This document shows positions 35,611 to 38,535 of a stretch of DNA of 38,535 nt, piece by piece. The first letter of the stretch is position 1, and each line of letters starts with the position of its first letter. A program made the position numbers and the translations under genes. Under the pieces are notes generated by a model. The model searched no databases. It worked only from the letters and a program-made list of their open reading frames with translations, and was not told the origin of the DNA. Location of the stretch: the NCBI GenBank assembly GCA_045106895.1, contig JBGCFM010000037.1, forward strand, positions 1 through 38,535. Reading direction: 5' to 3'. Source of the stretch: Polyangiales bacterium. Lineage in GTDB: Bacteria > Myxococcota_A > Polyangia > Polyangiales > Houyiibacteriaceae.

Positions 35611-36261
35611 CTAGCGGAAGTTCTGAATCGCCCAGACGCGACCTTCAGCGGTCACGAACTGGCCGCAGGCAACGCGGCTGTGGGCGGGGTTCGACATGTT
35701 GATGTAGTGGCCGTGTTCGCTGAAGGGCTCACCTGGGCCTTCGTCCCACATCTGCTGAAGACACCCATTGATGATGCTGCCTTCGCTTGGGTAGCCGGGA
35801 CACTCGTTCTGGCCACGGCCGCCGTTCTCACAGATTCGGTCACGGAAACCGGCGTGGGCGCCGCGTCCATCGGCGTCGTACTCCGCGTGCATCGCCGCGC
35901 AGCTCTCGCCTTCGCGCCATCGCTCGAGGGGGGGCAGACACTGGCACTCACGCCGAAACTGATTGATGCGCTGAACGCAGTCTTCGGCGACGTCCCCGGT
36001 TGAGGGCAGTGCATCGAGCTGACAATCCGCCGGCGGCAGGGGCGCTTCCAAGGGGCCATCGGCGCAGTGAGCGGGCATCTCGATGCCAGCATCAAAGCCG
36101 GGACCGGCGTCCATCTGAGGGCCCGAGTCCATGCGAGGACCGGAATCGCTTCGGGGTCCCGAATCCGCCCCAGGGCCCGAGTCCCCCGGTGCGTCATCAT
36201 CACCACATCCGGTGAAGAGGCCAAGGAGGAGCACGAAGGAGAGGCAGCTGCGAAGTGACAT
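35611..36261 (-). CDS. CAP/SCP-domain lipoprotein with DSGP repeats
   Basis: LLLGLFTGC lipobox, DSGPxx repeats, INQFRR...LPPL, QNE, WDEGP...HGHYINM...VACG CAP motifs; TATGAT 7 nt before ATG 36261. Confidence 0.8.
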   Translation of the reverse strand: MSLRSCLSFVLLLGLFTGCGDDDAPGDSGPGADSGPRSDSGPRMDSGPQMDAGPGFDAGIEMPAHCADGPLEAPLPPADCQLDALPSTGDVAEDCVQRINQFRRECQCLPPLERWREGESCAAMHAEYDADGRGAHAGFRDRICENGGRGQNECPGYPSEGSIINGCLQQMWDEGPGEPFSEHGHYINMSNPAHSRVACGQFVTAEGRVWAIQNFR

Positions 36262-36336
36262 CGACCACATCATAGCGGACAGATAGATGCGTCCGAAAGG
36301 GAGGTCGTGTAGGCTCGCGCCCACAACCGGAGTCGA

Positions 36337-38115
36337 ATGATGATGAAGCGCGCACCTTGGATCTTTCTCGCCGCCCTCGTGGGTCTTGGCGCCTCTCTAC
36401 CGAACAGCGCGGCTGCCGGTGGCTACGACACGCCGATGTTGTACTCGGCTCGCCACCTGGGCATGGGCGGTACCGCCGTCGCCGCCGTCGACGACCCCTC
36501 GGCGATGTTCCACAACCCCGCCGGTCTCGCGGGTACCGAGAAGCTCACGCTCATGGGTGACTTCTCGCTCTTGGTCGGTGACATCACGGCGAATCCACAG
36601 GGCCCCAGTGACGAGAGCATCACGAGTGGCACGACCGTCGCGCCCTTCTTTCTCATCGGCGCCTCCGGTCGAATCACGAGCTGGCTCACCGCGGGCCTCG
36701 CCATCTACCCCGTCGCTTCGGCGGGCGCGGAATACACCTACGGCATGAACGCCGACGGTCAGGTGGGGACAGACAGCACGACGCTCGTCTTCTTCGAGAT
36801 CTCTCCGGGCCTCGCCTTCGAGATTCCGAACACCGGCCTCAGCATCGGCGCTGGCTACCGCATGACCTACGCGAGCCTCGACCGTTCCCGTGACACAGGC
36901 CTCGCGACGGAGCTCGAGCTCTCGGGTCTGAGCTTCGCTGGCTTCCGCCTTGGCGCCCAGTACAACCTGATGGACTACGTGAAGTTTGGTCTCAGCTACC
37001 GACACAAGACCGTCACGGAGGTGGACGGTCCCGGTTTCGTTGTCGCGCCCGGTGACGCCACGTACACCACGGAGTTCATTCTCCCTTCGCGCTTCAGCTT
37101 CGGTGCTCGCTCCGACTTTGGACCGGTAGGTATTGCCCTCGACGCCGAGTACGCGCTTCAGTCCCAGAACGGCCGCGGCCAGATCAGCACGGAAATGGCT
37201 GGCCTCGACATCGACACCATCAACGACTGGGAGAACGCGTGGACCGTACGTATTGGCGCTGAGTACCGCCTCATGGACGGCAAGCTCCCGATTCGTCTCG
37301 GCTACGTTTGGGACCAGCAGACCTCCAACCGCGCATACCCCACGGCCTTCGGTACACCTCCTGACGCCACGCACATCTTCACGGCTGGCGCTGGCTACAA
37401 CGCGGGCCCTTGGCAAGCAAACATCGCCTACGCCTACCGAACGGGTTCGACGGTCATCACCGCTGACGACGTCGCGGGTCGTGACACCTGCCTCGCTTGC
37501 GGCAACGAAGGCGAATACTCCATCGGCCTTCACGGCATCTACCTCGACTTTAGCTACCACTTCGGTCGTGGCGAGACGTACGAGACCGGTCACGGCATCG
37601 CATACCGCGGCGACGTTGAGCCCGAGCCCGAGCCAATGCCGGAGCCAATGCCGGAGCCAATGCCGGAGCCCGTCGTCGCTCCCGAGCCTGCTCCTGAGCC
37701 CATCGCCCCGCCGGAGCCAGCTCCGGAACCTCAGGACGTTCACATCGTTGGCGACCACCTCACCATCGACCGTCACATCAGCTTTGCGTCCGCGAGCAAC
37801 GAGATCCTCGCGGAATCCAACGACCTCCTCGACCACGTCGCGCAGCTCGTGAACATGCACTCCGAGATTCAGCACATCAGCATCATCGGCCACACCGACG
37901 ACCAGGGCTCCGCTGCGGCCAACATGACCCTCAGCACTTCCCGCGCCGAGGCCGTCGTCGAAGCCCTTCGCACCCGCGGCGTCAACATCCAGCTTGAGGC
38001 CAGCGGCGCCGGCGAGACTCAGAACCTCTGCGAAGAAGACACGGACGAATGCCACGCCCGAAACCGCCGCGTGGAGTTCCTCATCATCACGGACGCCCCT
38101 GAAGCCGGCATCTAG
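36337..38115 (+). CDS. FadL/OmpP1-type outer-membrane transporter fused to OmpA-like peptidoglycan-binding domain
   Basis: SARHLGMGG and NPAGL hatch motifs, barrel ending LDFSYHF, PE/PM linker, OmpA GHTDDQG...LSTSRA...RNRRVEF. Confidence 0.85.
   Translation: MMMKRAPWIFLAALVGLGASLPNSAAAGGYDTPMLYSARHLGMGGTAVAAVDDPSAMFHNPAGLAGTEKLTLMGDFSLLVGDITANPQGPSDESITSGTTVAPFFLIGASGRITSWLTAGLAIYPVASAGAEYTYGMNADGQVGTDSTTLVFFEISPGLAFEIPNTGLSIGAGYRMTYASLDRSRDTGLATELELSGLSFAGFRLGAQYNLMDYVKFGLSYRHKTVTEVDGPGFVVAPGDATYTTEFILPSRFSFGARSDFGPVGIALDAEYALQSQNGRGQISTEMAGLDIDTINDWENAWTVRIGAEYRLMDGKLPIRLGYVWDQQTSNRAYPTAFGTPPDATHIFTAGAGYNAGPWQANIAYAYRTGSTVITADDVAGRDTCLACGNEGEYSIGLHGIYLDFSYHFGRGETYETGHGIAYRGDVEPEPEPMPEPMPEPMPEPVVAPEPAPEPIAPPEPAPEPQDVHIVGDHLTIDRHISFASASNEILAESNDLLDHVAQLVNMHSEIQHISIIGHTDDQGSAAANMTLSTSRAEAVVEALRTRGVNIQLEASGAGETQNLCEEDTDECHARNRRVEFLIITDAPEAGI
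37630..37665 (+). repeat. 12-nt tandem repeat x3 (EPMP) in Pro/Glu linker
   Basis: gagccaatgccg repeated three times exactly. Confidence 0.9.
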
Positions 38116-38148
38116 CCCCTTCACGGTCTTCGGGCTTAGCGCTCGCGC

Positions 38149-38186
38149 AACACCTGTTTCCTCCACGTGAGGAAACGGGTGTTTTT
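38149..38186 (+). terminator. intrinsic terminator hairpin
   Basis: AACACCTGTTTCCTC-CACGT-GAGGAAACGGGTGTT (one G-U pair) running into a T tract, 33 nt after the FadL-OmpA stop. Confidence 0.75.
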
Positions 38187-38269
38187 GCATCGACTAAGAG
38201 CCCAGGAGTCACCATTGGAGTCGGGCAGGCGTTGCGCGTCGCCCCTCGCAGCACCAAAGTGGTCACTCC

Positions 38270-38535
38270 ATGTTCTCCACCGGCTACCTGACGCTCTTTC
38301 ACTACCGCGGCGTACCGGTGAAGGTTCACTGGAGCTTTCCCCTCGGCGCCCTTTTTCTTGGCGGCTTCACGTTTCGGCCGGGGTTCTGGCTCGGCTTCTT
38401 CGCGCTGATCGTTCTCCACGAGATGGGCCACGCGTTCTTGGTGCGTCTTCGACGGCTCCGATCGCTGGAGATCATGGTTCACGGTTTCGGCGGCTATTGC
38501 CGACATGAGGTCGGGAGCGCGTATGACGGCGCGAT
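38270..38535 (+). CDS. site-2 protease / M50 metallopeptidase, N-terminal part (runs off window)
   Basis: Manual translation: MFSTGYLTLFHYRGVPVKVHWSFPLG...LIVLHEMGHAFL...HGFGGYC, with HExGH in a TM context. Confidence 0.85.
   Translation, partial: MFSTGYLTLFHYRGVPVKVHWSFPLGALFLGGFTFRPGFWLGFFALIVLHEMGHAFLVRLRRLRSLEIMVHGFGGYCRHEVGSAYDGA

Noticed and set aside
36397..38190. 597-aa antisense ORF
   Set aside because: Shadow of the strongly codon-biased FadL-OmpA gene; no motifs.

Overview
GC-rich bacterial chromosomal segment, probably Myxococcota (Polyangia/Sandaracinaceae-like). That taxonomy is inferred from the many Asp/Gly-linker and Cys-rich lipoproteins, the TPR+lipoprotein pair, DUF3634 and a PilZ-like-Hsp70 fusion. 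Recognisable genes: ElaA-type GNAT, alpha/beta hydrolase, a fused DTW-TruC tRNA-modifying enzyme, egtC-egtB, recC-recB (no adjacent recD), an Hsp70 paralog, TetR, polB, a CAP lipoprotein, a FadL-OmpA fusion and two edge-truncated genes (FAD oxidoreductase, M50 peptidase). About eight lipoproteins, several orphans and decayed relics (macro domain, SMI1/KNR4) lie between them. No rRNA, tRNA, CRISPR array, transposase or integrase was seen. Best leads: (1) the DTW-TruC fusion; (2) a TANNNT hexamer 5-9 nt (mostly 6 nt) upstream of many start codons, indicating widespread leaderless mRNAs; (3) a sigma54-preceded tandem pair of paralogous outer-membrane barrel-like proteins, one with a long D/E/F repeat. 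All assignments come from reading motifs by eye; no database search was run.
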